DNA of 63,471 nucleotides, filler included, from Bonamia ostreae (GCA_040357525.1; 30 parts of 30 records of this genome joined end to end with filler, not necessarily neighbours in it), one strand, 5' to 3'; positions 12,797 to 24,762 are shown, counted from the whole stretch's first letter. Notes: generated by a model from the sequence alone, not told the origin. Numbers and translations: made by a program.

Positions 12797-14132
12797 AGCA
12801 TTTTTTATATTTTCGAAAAGAAGTTGCGATCCATTTTTGAAAATATTCTTTAACAATGAAAAAATATCAACTCGCAAAAAACACAAAAAAAGAACGTCAT
12901 TTCCAGATTTTTACAATTTTTTCGAGTTCGCAACAACGATTCCCGGAAGCGGAAATTTGTTAATTGAAGTTTGGGATTTTAACGGATTCTTTAAATGTTT
13001 TTATTTTTTAATAAAAGACGACGAACTGATCGGCTCAACGTCAATCGACATCGAAGAAAAATATTTTACAAAAAATTTTCAAAAATATTTGTTTAACGAA
13101 AAATCTCCTTTAGAAAAACGATCACTTTTTTCTGCAACTTCCAATCAATCGCAAGGCTTTATTAATTTGTGGGTCGACATTTTGAGTTCAGAAGAAGCAA
13201 AAGTCAATTTGCCGGTTGAAATTGGGCCACCGCAAATTTTGCCATTCGAAGTACGTTTAATTGTTTGGAAGTGCCGGAACGTTCCTATTTTTGATAAAGT
13301 TTTCCTTTTTTTTCGTAATTTAATTTTCACAAAATCACTTTTCGTTTTTTAAATAAAAAAAAAGATTAAAAAAATTTCATTAACAAAATTAAAAAAAGAT
13401 AACGAAAAGAAACGATCTTTACATAAAAGGATTTTTATTAAACGAACAACAAACTCAAAAAACTGATATTCACTTAAGAACGAAAACGACCGCTCAATTT
13501 AACTGGTTTAAACAAAAAATTAAATTAGGAGAATGATATTTCAATCAAAATATCCCATCGACAACGAAAGAATTTGTTTGCAAATTTGGGATAAAGATTT
13601 TTTATCTCCAAATGTTTAAAATTAGGCCAATTATATTTTTTGTCAAAAAGGATTATATCACAGAAACGGCGATAGAACTGAAAAAATTGTTATTTTTATC
13701 TTTTGATAAAAATGCCAAAATTCAAATTTTAGCGAAAACGAAAGAAAAGTTTTGGATTTCGTCTGAAAATGGTGCAGAAATTAAATTATCTCTTGAAATT
13801 CTGCCGCAATCATTGGCCATTTTTGTTTTTTAAAGTCAAAAATTAGAATAAAGTTGGAATGGGAAGATCGGAGCCAAATATAAATCCCTTTTTACCAAAA
13901 CCGGAACGAAATTTTGATCTTTTTTCGAAAGTTTAAATTTGAAAAAAGTTAATTTTTCAATTTTTACGATTTGAAAAAATTAAAAAAAAAGAAATTTTAC
14001 AAAATGAATTTACTCAAAATGGCGAAAAAAATGTTTAAAAAGAAGTTTTGCTGGATTTGCATTTTAGTCGTTATTTTGCTGATTATGTTTTTCTTCGCTG
14101 TTTTTGTCGAGGTGAAAATAGCGATTTATTAA
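12797..14132 (+). CDS. Ferlin-like protein, C-terminal C2 domains plus TM anchor
   Basis: LLIEVWD...DELIGSTSIDIE, QGFINLWVDI, FEVRLIVWKCRNV, QKTDIH, FNW|RMIF, LQIWDKD and GRSEPN-NP-LPKP, then a hydrophobic C-terminal helix. Confidence 0.85.
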
Positions 14133-14153
14133 ATTTTTTTACAAAAATAGAAT

Positions 14154-14766
14154 TCATTTAATTTCAGCGAGTTTTGAAGCGTATCCCACATAATTTTCTG
14201 GAGTCAAATTAAGCAATTTTTTCTAATTTTGATTTTTTTAAAACTTTATTTTCGCTTGTGATATCAAGTTTTGCTATGAAATTTTTTATTTCTCTTTTTG
14301 AAACCTCTTTTCCTCTCGTTAATTTTTTTAGTTCTTCGTACGAATTCTCAATATTTTCCCTTGTTTTCAAATGCCGTGTTAATTTTTTAGTTGAAATATT
14401 AAAAAAATTTAATTTCAAATGACAAAATCGAAAGAGCCAAAAACAAAAAAAAACAAAATTAATAAATTTCAAATAACAAAATCTAAAAAACATTCTCATA
14501 ACAGATTGAATTGGCTCAGCCAACAAAATCCAATTATCCTCCAAATCTTTCTTTATTTTGACAAAATTTGGATTTAATTTTGTCAATCCATTTAATAACG
14601 ATTCAAAAGCAATTAAAGAATGGGCGATTGACGGACCAAGATTTCTCATAACAGTCGAACCGGACAAATCTCTTTGCAATCGCGAAATTTGAATTTTCGA
14701 AGAAATAAATGTTAAAATAGAATTTGAAATTCCCAAATTTCCTTCACAGTTTTCAAAGTCGATCGG
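14154..14766 (-). CDS. purB: Adenylosuccinate lyase (E. coli PurB-like subfamily), 3' part
   Basis: PIDFENCEGNLG...SRLQRDLSGSTVMRNLG...NWILLAEPIQSVMR|...YEELKKLTRGK...LTPENYVGYA. Confidence 0.93.
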
Positions 14767-15961
14767 CTGAATTTTTTTAACAATATTATTTTGTATTTTA
14801 ATTGCGACCATTTTCGTAACTTTTTANNNNNNNNNNNNNNNNNNNNNNNNNNNNNNNNNNNNNNNNNNNNTTAATTAATTAANNNNNNNNNNNNNNNNNN
14901 NNNNNNNNNNNNNNNNNNNNNNNNNNTTGCAGAATAAACATTTTTTTGTTTTTTAACAAGTTCTTTATTATAAAATAATTTGAAAATTCTCTTTAAATAT
15001 AAGTGCGATATTCATTTGCGCGGATAGATCCAAATTTTGGAGTACCAATGAATAAAGATCCCTTTATAGAAAGATGGCAACATTGTTTTGTGGCTTTGAC
15101 GCGCGGAAAGGCCCTTTTACGAAATCTACAAGGTTACAGAATCCCCTTAAAAATGTTTCTGACCGTTTGCAAAAACAACTCCGAAGAAGCTTTAAAGCAA
15201 ATTGACTATTCCAGTTTTTTAAAGGTTTCTAAAATTTTCCAAAATTTAAAATTTTTTAACAAAGAAAAATTTGCAAATTAACGAAAACTGCAAAAATTAA
15301 TTTTTTGCAGAACAAATTAAATAAAAAAATTTGCAGAACAAAAATTTGTAAATAACAATCGTTTAATTTGAAGGAAATAATAATATTCGTAAATCCAATT
15401 TTGCACACGACAAAAAGTCATTTTACAAGAAAAAACGAAGACTGAGGCATAATCGCAATGTAAGACTGGCTGAAACGCCACAATTGCTATAAATGCCGTT
15501 GTTCAAAATACGTTTTTTTCAACAATTAAAAACAATTTTTTTTCCAAAAAAAAGAACTTGTGCGAAGAAATATTGTTTGGAATCGAAGACGCCGACATGA
15601 AATTTTTTTATAATAAAAATAAAGCGATTGCAAAAGTTCAAAAGGATTTGGAAAGATTGTTTTAAAATTAATTTTTTTTTCAATTTTATAGCAATAATTT
15701 TTTATACCAATTTTGGAAATTTGCCATTTTTGCAAAAAAGCAAAAATTTTTACAGATTTCGACTTTAAATCGCAAAAGAAAAAAATTTACCAAATTTAAT
15801 TTTGAAAATTTTAATTTTTTTCGAATTTCAATTTCGTAGCAATAAATTTTGGAAATTTGCCATTTTTGAAAAAAGCAAAAATTTTTTACAGATTTCGACT
15901 TTAAATTGCAAAAGAAAAATTTACAAAATTAATTTTGGAAAGAAATTTTAAAATATTTAAT

Positions 15962-16171
15962 TTATCGATAGCTTCCAGCAATGACTTTGAGCGTTTCATT
16001 GAGATTCGAAGAGCAATTTCTAAAACACTCTCTTTGTTCATAAGAGAGCGTTGAATCTAGTTCAACTGGTTTCGGGTACATACAAATGTTCCAACAAGTT
16101 TCAAATTCATCCATCACCGTGCGACATCTCTCATCAACCGTTATCAATTTCAGATTTAAGCTCTTGTTCAT
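15962..16171 (-). CDS. Small Tim family (twin CX3C) mitochondrial intermembrane-space chaperone
   Basis: 69 aa with CWNIC...LSYEQRECFRNC. Confidence 0.7.
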   Translation of the reverse strand: MNKSLNLKLITVDERCRTVMDEFETCWNICMYPKPVELDSTLSYEQRECFRNCSSNLNETLKVIAGSYR

Positions 16172-16364
16172 TCGTCTAAATATATTTTATAAGCAATTAA
16201 AATATATTATCAATAAATCAAGCTAAATCTTTGAACTTTAGACAGCTTGCTCTCCAAAAACGTTTTAAACGGTTAATTTAATCTGCAAACAAAAAAATCT
16301 GTAAAAATATTATAACGAAAACACATATATTAACAATTTTGAAGCTTATATTTTGAAGCTTAAA

Positions 16365-16879
16365 ATGGCATCGATTAGACCGTTTTCAATTTTAGATACA
16401 TTTGAGTTTTCGCAAGTAAACATGGACCATTTTACTGCGACTGTTTTTAATTAAAATTCAGTTTTCGACCGAATTTTATTTGGACTACATCCAAAAATGG
16501 CCGGAGCAGCTTAAAACGGCGATATCGCCGCACGGGGAAATCACAGGATATAGTTTAAAATTTGATTGAATAGTGATCAGCAAAACAGAAGGCGAGAACA
16601 AAAATTTTCATGGACACATTTCAGCGGTGACGATAAGGCCGGAACACAGGTCGACCGGAATCGCAAGAAATTTAATGGCGCGCGTCGAAAAAATTTATTT
16701 TGAGTTGATAAAAATTTGAATTTCGAAAATTAATTTTTTAATCGAAAAAATTTGTTTTTAGCGAGGAAACATATTTTGCTGATTTGTTCGTATTGGAGTC
16801 GAACAAAAGAGCGATCGCTTTTTATAAAAAATTGGGTTATGTGATTTACAGAACGATAATCGGATATTATTCTGTCAAT
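16365..16879 (+). CDS. NAA20: N-terminal acetyltransferase B catalytic subunit, 3' truncated (missed by the ORF track)
   Basis: MASIRPFSILDTFEFSQVNMDHFTAT|FSTEFYLDYIQKWPE...HGHISAVTIRPEHRSTGIA...FADLFVLESNKRAIAFYKKLGYVIYRTIIGYYS. Introns 16443-16461 (19 nt) and 16553-16573 (21 nt). Confidence 0.92.
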
Positions 16880-17055
16880 GTTTTTTTTTTAATTTGTTAC
16901 TGATTTTTTTGAAAATTTTGACTTTTATCTTGTTTTGTATTGTGATATATTAATTNNNNNNNNNNNNNNNNNNNNNNNNNNNNNNNNNNNNNNNNNNNNT
17001 TAATTAATTAANNNNNNNNNNNNNNNNNNNNNNNNNNNNNNNNNNNNNNNNNNNN

Positions 17056-17907
17056 CGGGGAAGAGGCAGAGGCGGAGGTCGCGGAAACAGCCGCGGAGGA
17101 AAACGCCCTTTCGGAGGAAGAGGCGGCTTCAACGCGAAACGAGGAAAGTTCGCTCGCGGAGGACCTTCGCAAAATATCATCGTCAAACATCGACACGAAG
17201 GCGTTTTCATCATCCGAGCGAAAGAGGACTCTCTCGCCACGCTCAACTTCACTCCCGGCGAATCCGTCTACAACGAAAAAAGAGTCGAAGTCAAACCGGA
17301 AAATGCTCCGGCTGCGGGCGAACCCGAAGAAAAAATCGAATACCGCGTTTGGAATCCCTTCCGCTCAAAATTGGGCGCAGCTATTTTGGGCGGGTTGGAC
17401 AATATTTGGATACGGCCAGGAAACAAGCTTCTCTATCTGGGAGCGGCTTCTGGCACAACAGTGTCCCATTGCAGCGACATCGTCGGGCCGGAGGGATTGG
17501 TTTACGCCGTCGAGTTCTCGCATCGATCGGGACGCGATTTGATCAATGTCGCGAAAAAGAGACGGAACATCATTCCGATAATCGAAGACGCGAGGCATCC
17601 TTTGCGCTATCGCATGTTGGTCGGGATGGTCGACACCATTTTCTCAGACGTCGCCCAACCGGACCAAGCGCGCATAGTGGAACTCAACGCGAAGTATTTC
17701 CTGAAAAACGACGGCCATTTCGTAATTTCGATCAAAGCGAATTGTGTAGATTCGACTGCCTCACCCGAAGCAGTTTTCGCGCAAGAAGTGGCCAAGTTGC
17801 GCGAATGGAGATTTAAGCCTCAAGAACAGGTCACTTTGGAACCTTACGAAAGAGATCATGCTGTTGTAGTTGGCACTTATAGACCCGCATCAAAAGGCAA
17901 ATCTTAA
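17056..17907 (+). CDS. FBL: Fibrillarin (rRNA 2'-O-methyltransferase), 5' truncated within the GAR domain
   Basis: RGG-rich start, then [34 protein letters not shown] and LEPYERDHA. Confidence 0.98.
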   Translation, partial: RGRGRGGGRGNSRGGKRPFGGRGGFNAKRGKFARGGPSQNIIVKHRHEGVFIIRAKEDSLATLNFTPGESVYNEKRVEVKPENAPAAGEPEEKIEYRVWNPFRSKLGAAILGGLDNIWIRPGNKLLYLGAASGTTVSHCSDIVGPEGLVYAVEFSHRSGRDLINVAKKRRNIIPIIEDARHPLRYRMLVGMVDTIFSDVAQPDQARIVELNAKYFLKNDGHFVISIKANCVDSTASPEAVFAQEVAKLREWRFKPQEQVTLEPYERDHAVVVGTYRPASKGKS

Positions 17908-18075
17908 AATTAAATTGTTTGTCTTGCTTTTCCTATTGAAAAAATTAATGGACGCTTTTTATTTTAGTAAACTGGCAAAATCGCCTTGAAAAATGGTCTT
18001 TTTATTGCAAATTGGTCAAAGGAATAAAATCGCTTTATGTAATTTAAAACGATATTTAATTAACAAATCTTTAAA

Positions 18076-18879
18076 TTATGGGCACGAATCTTGATAATAA
18101 TCGGGATGTTCACATTCTTGGTTAATAATTCGTCTTAAGTAAAATCTCCCCGGACAGCCCGGATACCCGGGGCAGCCTGGACATCCAGGGCTTCCCCGAT
18201 TTCCAATTTTACCAGGATATCCCTGAGGACCAATGCGTCCAGGCAATCCTGGATCTCCCTTTGTACCCGCTTCGCCAGGATTTCCAGGTAATTCTACGCA
18301 CGGTCCAAGAAGTCCTGGTTTCCCTGGACTTCCTTGTTTTCCTGGAATACCCGGAGGTCCCATCGAGCCAGGAATCGATTCTCCTGGAGGTCCTTCGTTT
18401 CCAACCGGTCCCGGGCTTCCGGGAGTGCCCATTTTTCCACATACACCACAATTTCCTGGATATCCTTTTACGCCTGGTTCTCCAGTCGGTCCTTCTGGGC
18501 CAGGAACTCCATTTTCCCCGTAATCTCCTTCAGGTCCTTTGTCTCCGGTTACTCCTGGAGGTCCTTGAATTCCATCAGCTCCATTGTCTCCATCAGGTCC
18601 CACGGCCCCCAAAGGGCCTCTTTGGCCCGGTTGCCCTTTCGGTCCCGGGGGGCCAGGAGGACCTGGTTTCCCGCAATATAATGGACCGAATCTTGGTAAG
18701 AAAGGCTGACTTAAACAAGGCTCATTGTGATAAGGTTTAGCGTAACAATGCTGTTGACAGGGAAAGCAGATCTGGGGAATTTGTGGAATTCGAGGCAAAT
18801 GGATAGTTCTGGGACATACAAATGGCGGTGCATGAAAATTAAACGAATTTTTTCCATCATAGTTGGTCATTCTAATCAT
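18076..18879 (-). CDS. Collagen triple-helix repeat protein with Cys/Pro-rich flanks
   Basis: 57 Gly-X-Y triplets in three blocks. A possible short upstream exon starts at 18940, joined by intron 18888-18924. Confidence 0.9.
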   Translation of the reverse strand: MIRMTNYDGKNSFNFHAPPFVCPRTIHLPRIPQIPQICFPCQQHCYAKPYHNEPCLSQPFLPRFGPLYCGKPGPPGPPGPKGQPGQRGPLGAVGPDGDNGADGIQGPPGVTGDKGPEGDYGENGVPGPEGPTGEPGVKGYPGNCGVCGKMGTPGSPGPVGNEGPPGESIPGSMGPPGIPGKQGSPGKPGLLGPCVELPGNPGEAGTKGDPGLPGRIGPQGYPGKIGNRGSPGCPGCPGYPGCPGRFYLRRIINQECEHPDYYQDSCP

Positions 18880-19182
18880 GTTTTTTTCTAATCAGTTATT
18901 TGTGGTTGTGACGGTTTGGCTTACTAAATTGTGTTTGCATTTTTTAGTTTTTATGGAGCAGCTAGGAGAAAACTGATTACACAGTATGCTATTCTAGTCA
19001 TTTCATTTTTGTTTTTACAATTAATTTAATATTTTATAATGTTTGTATGTTGATAGAACTTAATTCATGTTACCAATTTTTCNNNNNNNNNNNNNNNNNN
19101 NNNNNNNNNNNNNNNNNNNNNNNNNNTTAATTAATTAANNNNNNNNNNNNNNNNNNNNNNNNNNNNNNNNNNNNNNNNNNNN

Positions 19183-19536
19183 CACGCATTTGCCAACTGC
19201 TCGACGACAACCGCGGGGTGCGCCGCGCCCTTGATAAACCCCAACACCAAAACAGCCCGTTTTCGGCGTGTCCTCCGGCGACATCCTTTAGCTCGCTTCC
19301 GAACGCAAATTTTTCTGATTATCGTTCTTCTTTTTTCAGCGATTATCGTTCGTATTTTATTGGTGATCGAACGATAATCGCTGAAAAAAGACGAACGATA
19401 ATCAGAAAAATTTGCGTTCGGACTCGAGCTAAAGGATGTCGCCGGAGCACTCGCCGAAAACTGTCTGTTTTGCTGTTGCGTTTTATCTCGAGCGCGGCGA
19501 AGCACTCTGTTGTCGTCGAGCATTTGGCAAATGCGT
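19183..19536. repeat. Long imperfect inverted repeat (~170-nt arms, 15-nt loop) at a contig end
   Basis: 19183-19352 is the reverse complement of 19368-19536 with scattered mismatches. Confidence 0.9.
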
Positions 19537-20065
19537 TTGGCGAGTGCGCGGATGGTTTTGCCGCGGTCGATTCCGTCTTCGTCTGTTTTGAAGAAGTTGT
19601 TGAGAAGTCGAATGCGATATATTTGGATGCGGCATTCGTCGATGACGCGTTTCGAACCGTTTCTAATTAAATGGTCGAGAAGAGTGAGCGTTTTGAAGAC
19701 GACACGCCAAGAATTGGCCTCTAACCTTTCCCAGATTATTGTCATTATTTGGTCGTACCTTCATAAAGTGAATTTAGTTAAGTTATCAAATTTTTAAACG
19801 AAAATTATTATTTTTTGTAGATCGATTAAACGAAATAGTAAAAACGATTCGCCGTAATCGAAAGTAGCGCGCGCAATTTCATTTTTGAGTGTCCCCGACG
19901 ACCCCCAAGACTCGTTTGAAGTGGCTTCCTTTGTCTTTCGCTCGATTTCTGTGCCATACATCCCTTCCACTTTATAGCGCGCGTCGGTTAGAGCCGACGA
20001 CGCCCAACGGAGAACAGATTTTCCAACATCCGCAGCAGCTAAATTTTTTTGTAAAAACTGTCCAT
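19368..20065 (-). CDS. ENTH-domain (epsin-related) protein, 3' truncated
   Basis: TEIERKTKEATSNESWG...EIARATFDY|YDQIMTIIWERL...WRVVFKTLTLLDHLIRNGS; 20-nt intron at 20039-20058. Confidence 0.9.
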
Positions 20066-20206
20066 TCGATTTGGCTAATTTAATATAGAACTGTTGTTTT
20101 AAGTTGTTCTGATACAATTGTGATCTTATTGATCTTTTTTGTGGTTTTACTGTTTTGCATTGTAGTAAATCGAAAAATAGCTTTTTACATAAATTTTGTT
20201 TAGACA

Positions 20207-20996
20207 ATGTCTGGAAATGTCGAAAATAAAAGCGGAGTTTAATAGATCACATTTAAAAGACTACTATTCTCGCCGTTAAATATAAAGGCGGCGTCATTAT
20301 CGGTGCGGACACTAAAGCCGCTTACGGTAATTCGTCTTTTACTTTAAGGAAGTTATGTCTGGAGTCGTTCGGCATCGAAAATAGTTCCTTTGACAGATGA
20401 CATCCACGCTGCGCTGATAGGGAACATGGCCATTCTCGTTCCAATTTTAAATTTTAGCAAGCCGTCGCTTCTTATTCGCAATATTATCTTGATATTCTCG
20501 AGTTCATTATTTTTATTTTTATCAAATTGACTTTTCGGCAAAAATTTTATTGTACAAAAGGTCAGAAATGGAGTCAAAAGCTTCGGTAGAAACTGCTGCA
20601 AAAGTGGCCAGAAAAATCCTCTACGACAACAAACAGAACATAAACGGGTCGATGATCGTCGCTGGCTTCAACGCGAAAGTTTAGTTCTTCAGTTTTAAGA
20701 ACAAAAAACCTGAGATTTACACTATTCCCTTCGGAGGAGCCTTGATTGAACAAGAATTTGCAATCGCGGGCTCCGGCGCGGCGTATTTGCAAGGATTCTG
20801 CGATTCCGCCTTCAAAAGGGACATGAGCAAAGACGAATGTGAAGAATTTGTTTCGAAAGCCATCGCGCATGCGATCGCCAGAGACAGCAGCTCGGGCTGC
20901 GGAGTCCGCCTTGTAGTCGTTTCGGAGGAGGGCACCTCGAAAAAGATAATCGGTCATCCTGATTTGCCTTTTTTGCTGGAAAACGGAGAAAGATAA
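20207..20996 (+). CDS. PSMB6: 20S proteasome subunit beta1 (divergent)
   Basis: G|TTILAVKYKGGVIIGAD...K33, IPFGG...AIAGSG and RDSSSG. Five introns: 20237-20259, 20327-20348, 20438-20457, ~20501-20560, 20679-20699. Confidence 0.92.
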
Positions 20997-21309
20997 AGTG
21001 CTTTTCGCCGATGTCAATTTGTCTAATGGCCAAAAAGTTTTGATGCCCTTATACTCGCTATTTCTTCATGAGCTTTTAAGACAATTTTAGTCGATAAAGA
21101 TTTAATCAAATCTCTCCACTTTTCAGTTCGTCCGTTTGTTGATAAAAAGGACTATGCTTCGTTTTCGAACATATGGCGTTTTCGCATTCCTTCTATCGAC
21201 CTTTTCTTCNNNNNNNNNNNNNNNNNNNNNNNNNNNNNNNNNNNNNNNNNNNNTTAATTAATTAANNNNNNNNNNNNNNNNNNNNNNNNNNNNNNNNNNN
21301 NNNNNNNNN

Positions 21310-21400
21310 GTCTAAATTTTGAAATTGATCGATTTTGTCTAAATTTTGAAATTGATCGATTTTGTCTAAATTTTGAAATTGATCGATTTTGACTAAATTT
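21310..21400. repeat. Intronic 27-nt minisatellite
   Basis: (GTCTAAATTTTGAAATTGATCGATTTT)x3, running off the contig end. Confidence 0.85.
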
Positions 21401-21410
21401 AAAAACAGCA

Positions 21411-22737
21411 ACAAATCTGGATAAAATTTTCGGCGAAAGAACTGTAGTTATATAATCAATATTGAATTCACTGGGCGCTTTTTTCAAAAAAGTAAAAAAG
21501 TTAAAATTTAGCTTTTAAAAAATTACCCGCTTCGTAGAGCAACCAATATGGCAATGACAATCCTTCCCAATGATCGTTCTCCAGATTCACATAGTCTTCG
21601 CCGTACTGCATTATTTTTTCTCTGATCCATTTCTTTTTTTGGTCAAATAAAAATTTTTGAAAAATAAGAAAATTGCAAAATATTTGAGGAAACGTTGATG
21701 ATCGTCAAATCGTTGTCGCCGGAAGCAATTGATTGACATTTGTTTACCCAAAATTTTAGCGCTGGAGATCCTCTTAAAATTTGCAAAAATTTACTTTGAT
21801 TTTGCGTTTTCGATGAAATTTAGGATTAAAGTGTTTTCTTCGATTTTGTCGATTTTTTTGGTTTTTGGGGGCGGTGGCACAAAATCAGGCAAAATCGCTT
21901 TTTTCTTTATTGTGTGTGAAATTTGATTCGGCAAATTTTTGCCAAATTTGGGATTGTTTCGCAAAAAGTTTGTTGGAATTGGATTATTTTCTAAATTTGG
22001 CGGCAATCTTGTCGGATTAAATACTTGCAAATTTTGTTCAAAAAAAAAATTGATCAAAATCGAAAAAATTTGAACTTAATTTCAAAATTTTGTTCAAAAA
22101 AATTATCAAAATCGAAAAAATTTGAACTTAATTTGCAAAATTTATATTAGAAAAATTATCAAAATCGAAAAAATTTGATCTTTATTTGCAAAATTTTTTC
22201 AAAAAAATTATCAAAATCGAAAAAATTTGATCTTTATTTGCAAAATTTATATTAAAAAAATTATCAAAATCGAAAATATTTGATCTTAATTTGCAAAATT
22301 TATATTAAAAAAATTGATCTAACTCGAAAAAATTTGATCAAAAAAATTGAGCAAAATAACATAAAATTATTTCTAATGTTCAGATTAAATGGATTGGCAT
22401 TAATTCTATTCTCAAAATTCGGCAATGGCCTTCTTGAAATCGGATTCCGCGTTCGAAAATTATATTTATTGAATCGGCCAATTTTTCTTAAATTCGGGCG
22501 AATGCTAAAGCGACCATTAAAATTCGGGCTAAAATTTGTTTTCGCTCCTTTTTCATAAAATGGAATTTTCCGAATACTCTTAACAGGAGATTTGTTGATT
22601 TGGAAAATTTGTCCATTATTTGAGCTTAGATCGGATTTTGTATTGTGAATGTAATAAGTTCTTTGTGGTAAATTTGGAATAGGTCTGGTCGCGTTCAACG
22701 AATTTCGAGGATTATAGAAATTTCTGTTTCGATTCAT
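21411..22737 (-). CDS. N/P/R-rich protein with a segment resembling the N-terminal conserved region of LENG8/Thp3 (SAC3 family); 3' truncated
   Basis: Spliced SPALKFWVNKC...KWIREKI...DHWEGLSLP. The exon structure is clear; the family call is by recall only. Confidence 0.35.
22025..22345. repeat. Intronic ~50-nt minisatellite
   Basis: AAAAATTATCAAAATCGAAAAAATTTGA...TTTGCAAAATTT recurring 5-6 times. Confidence 0.85.
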
Positions 22738-23011
22738 TATTTTTGTTTTTAGCAAATTACAGATTAATAATTTGTACATAATAGTAAATTTAGTCAACGT
22801 AAGCTTCCCTTAAACAAATTAACATTTTTAAGGAATTAATTAGGGCACAAAAAACAAATAAAATTTTTAACGATGCGTTAAATGCCTTTTTAGCCAAATC
22901 AGCTTTCAAATATTATAGTATTTACATATAAATTAAAGCTAATTCAATAAATATAATTATATCATTTTTGCTATTATAAAATTTCTCATTCAGAAAAGTC
23001 GAGCTTTAAAA

Positions 23012-23305
23012 ATGCCAAAAGTTGATTTTTTTGTTATAAACAGAATGATTATATGACGTCAAAGGCGATTTCAACGAGAATGAAACCGAAAGGTCAACAA
23101 AAACTCAAATTTTATTGTCAAATGTGCAAAAAACAATGCAGAGACGCCAACGGTTTCAAAGTTTTCAAATGTCATCGAAAAAGTGTCATTGTTTGTCTGA
23201 GAGCCACAGCCGACAAATGATGTTGTTCTCTGAAAACCCCCAAAAATTCATGCGCGATTATTCAAACGAATTTGAAAAAGCTTATCTCTTGTTAGCCAGA
23301 ATAAA
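23012..23305 (+). CDS. KIN: KIN17 DNA/RNA-binding zinc-finger protein, 5' part
   Basis: MPK|NDYMTSKAISTRMKPKGQQKLKFYCQMCKKQCRDANGFK|CHCLSESHSRQM; introns 23021-23043 and 23161-23183. Confidence 0.95.
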
Positions 23306-23436
23306 GTTTGCAGTAAATTTTAAATATAATCGTCTTNNNNNNNNNNNNNNNNNNNNNNNNNNNNNNNNNNNNNNNNNNNNTTAATTAATTAANNNNNNNN
23401 NNNNNNNNNNNNNNNNNNNNNNNNNNNNNNNNNNNN

Positions 23437-24438
23437 GAGAAACTCGAAAAATCAAAACACAAATCGGTCACTTTCCAAACTGGTACCAGTTTCTTAACAA
23501 CAAAACAAATTTCCAGTAATTTCAATAACAACACTTTTTCTTCAGGCAAATTTATTCCCAAAAAACATTCATCTCACAACAAAAATCATCACCATAACAA
23601 TTGTTACAATACCAACCTAAAAAACAAAAATCGCGTGCGAAGATATAAAAAACATGAACCCAAATTATCAAATAACGCTTGCAAATATCACAGTCTTCGA
23701 AATATCGAAAACAGAAAAACATACCGAAAACAAAATATCAACAAAAAATTGAATAGAAAAAGACAAATCAATGAAGATACCATTAATACAAAGTACAAGA
23801 TGTCTAATATCGTTTGCGGTAGTAACAAACATCGAAACGGTAACAATAACAATCCAAAAAATGACGACAACAATAAAAATGGCGATAAAGATAATAACAG
23901 TTACAAAAACTTATCAGAAAAAGATTTTCCGATAAAGCAATATCCAGTTCTTCATTCTTTCGCTGCCCAAAACCTTGATTGCGATAATGAAGAAGATAGA
24001 AAAAATGATCGATTATATAATCAACTTGATAACAACGAAAAAGTGCAATCGCTAAAAAAGAATTTAAATGACACTGAAAACAACGAAAGTGTTTTATTCC
24101 GAAAAAACAATTTTGTCGAAAATAAAAATATTTTAGAAACAACAAAACCAAAAATTTCAAGAGATAACAAATTGCTGGTAACGAAAATTAATGAAACAGA
24201 AAGGGTTCCGCACAAAAATTGCAACGACGAAAAAGATATTGAATATCGAAAATGGAGTTTCAAGAATGATTTTAAGAGCGGAAAGAATATGAGGAAGTTG
24301 GTTTTACAGAGAACGGGAATGAAGGATAAGAGAATTGGAGGAAATAGATTGATTGAAAAGAGATATAAAAAAACTATCAAAAAACTTATTTTTGATGCGG
24401 AGAAAATGATCGAAATTTTGAGACTATTGATTAAATAA
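23437..24438 (+). CDS. Low-complexity N/K-rich hypothetical protein, 5' truncated
   Basis: Uninterrupted frame of more than 260 codons in very AT-rich DNA. Confidence 0.55.
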   Translation, partial: EKLEKSKHKSVTFQTGTSFLTTKQISSNFNNNTFSSGKFIPKKHSSHNKNHHHNNCYNTNLKNKNRVRRYKKHEPKLSNNACKYHSLRNIENRKTYRKQNINKKLNRKRQINEDTINTKYKMSNIVCGSNKHRNGNNNNPKNDDNNKNGDKDNNSYKNLSEKDFPIKQYPVLHSFAAQNLDCDNEEDRKNDRLYNQLDNNEKVQSLKKNLNDTENNESVLFRKNNFVENKNILETTKPKISRDNKLLVTKINETERVPHKNCNDEKDIEYRKWSFKNDFKSGKNMRKLVLQRTGMKDKRIGGNRLIEKRYKKTIKKLIFDAEKMIEILRLLIK

Positions 24439-24459
24439 ACAGTTTTTTATATTTTAGAT

Positions 24460-24762
24460 TTTTTAATGAAAATCGGTCATTAATTTTTAAATATTTTTTA
24501 ATGAAATTGGACATTAATTTTGAAAGATTTTTTAATGAAAATTGGTCATTAATTTTTAAATATTTTTTAATGAAATTGGTCATTAATTTTTAAATATTTT
24601 TTTAATGAAAATTGATCATTAATTTTGAAAGATTTTTTAATGAAATTGGTCATTAATTTTTAAATATTTTTTAATGAAAATTGGTCATTAATTTTTAAAT
24701 ATTTTTTTAATGAAAATTGGTTATTAATTTTTAATGATTTTTTAATGAAAATTGGACATTTA
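24460..24762. repeat. ~37-nt minisatellite
   Basis: About 8 copies of TTTTTTAATGAAAATTGGTCATTAATTTTTAAATA. Confidence 0.9.

Noticed and set aside
14154-14766. Bacterial-like purB as recent HGT or contamination
   Set aside because: It carries parasite-type introns, and this PurB subfamily is already known in plants and several protists.
19218-19670. 150-aa plus-strand ORF and the self-mirroring C-terminus of ORF 19131-19745
   Set aside because: Products of the inverted repeat and of antisense reading of the ENTH gene.
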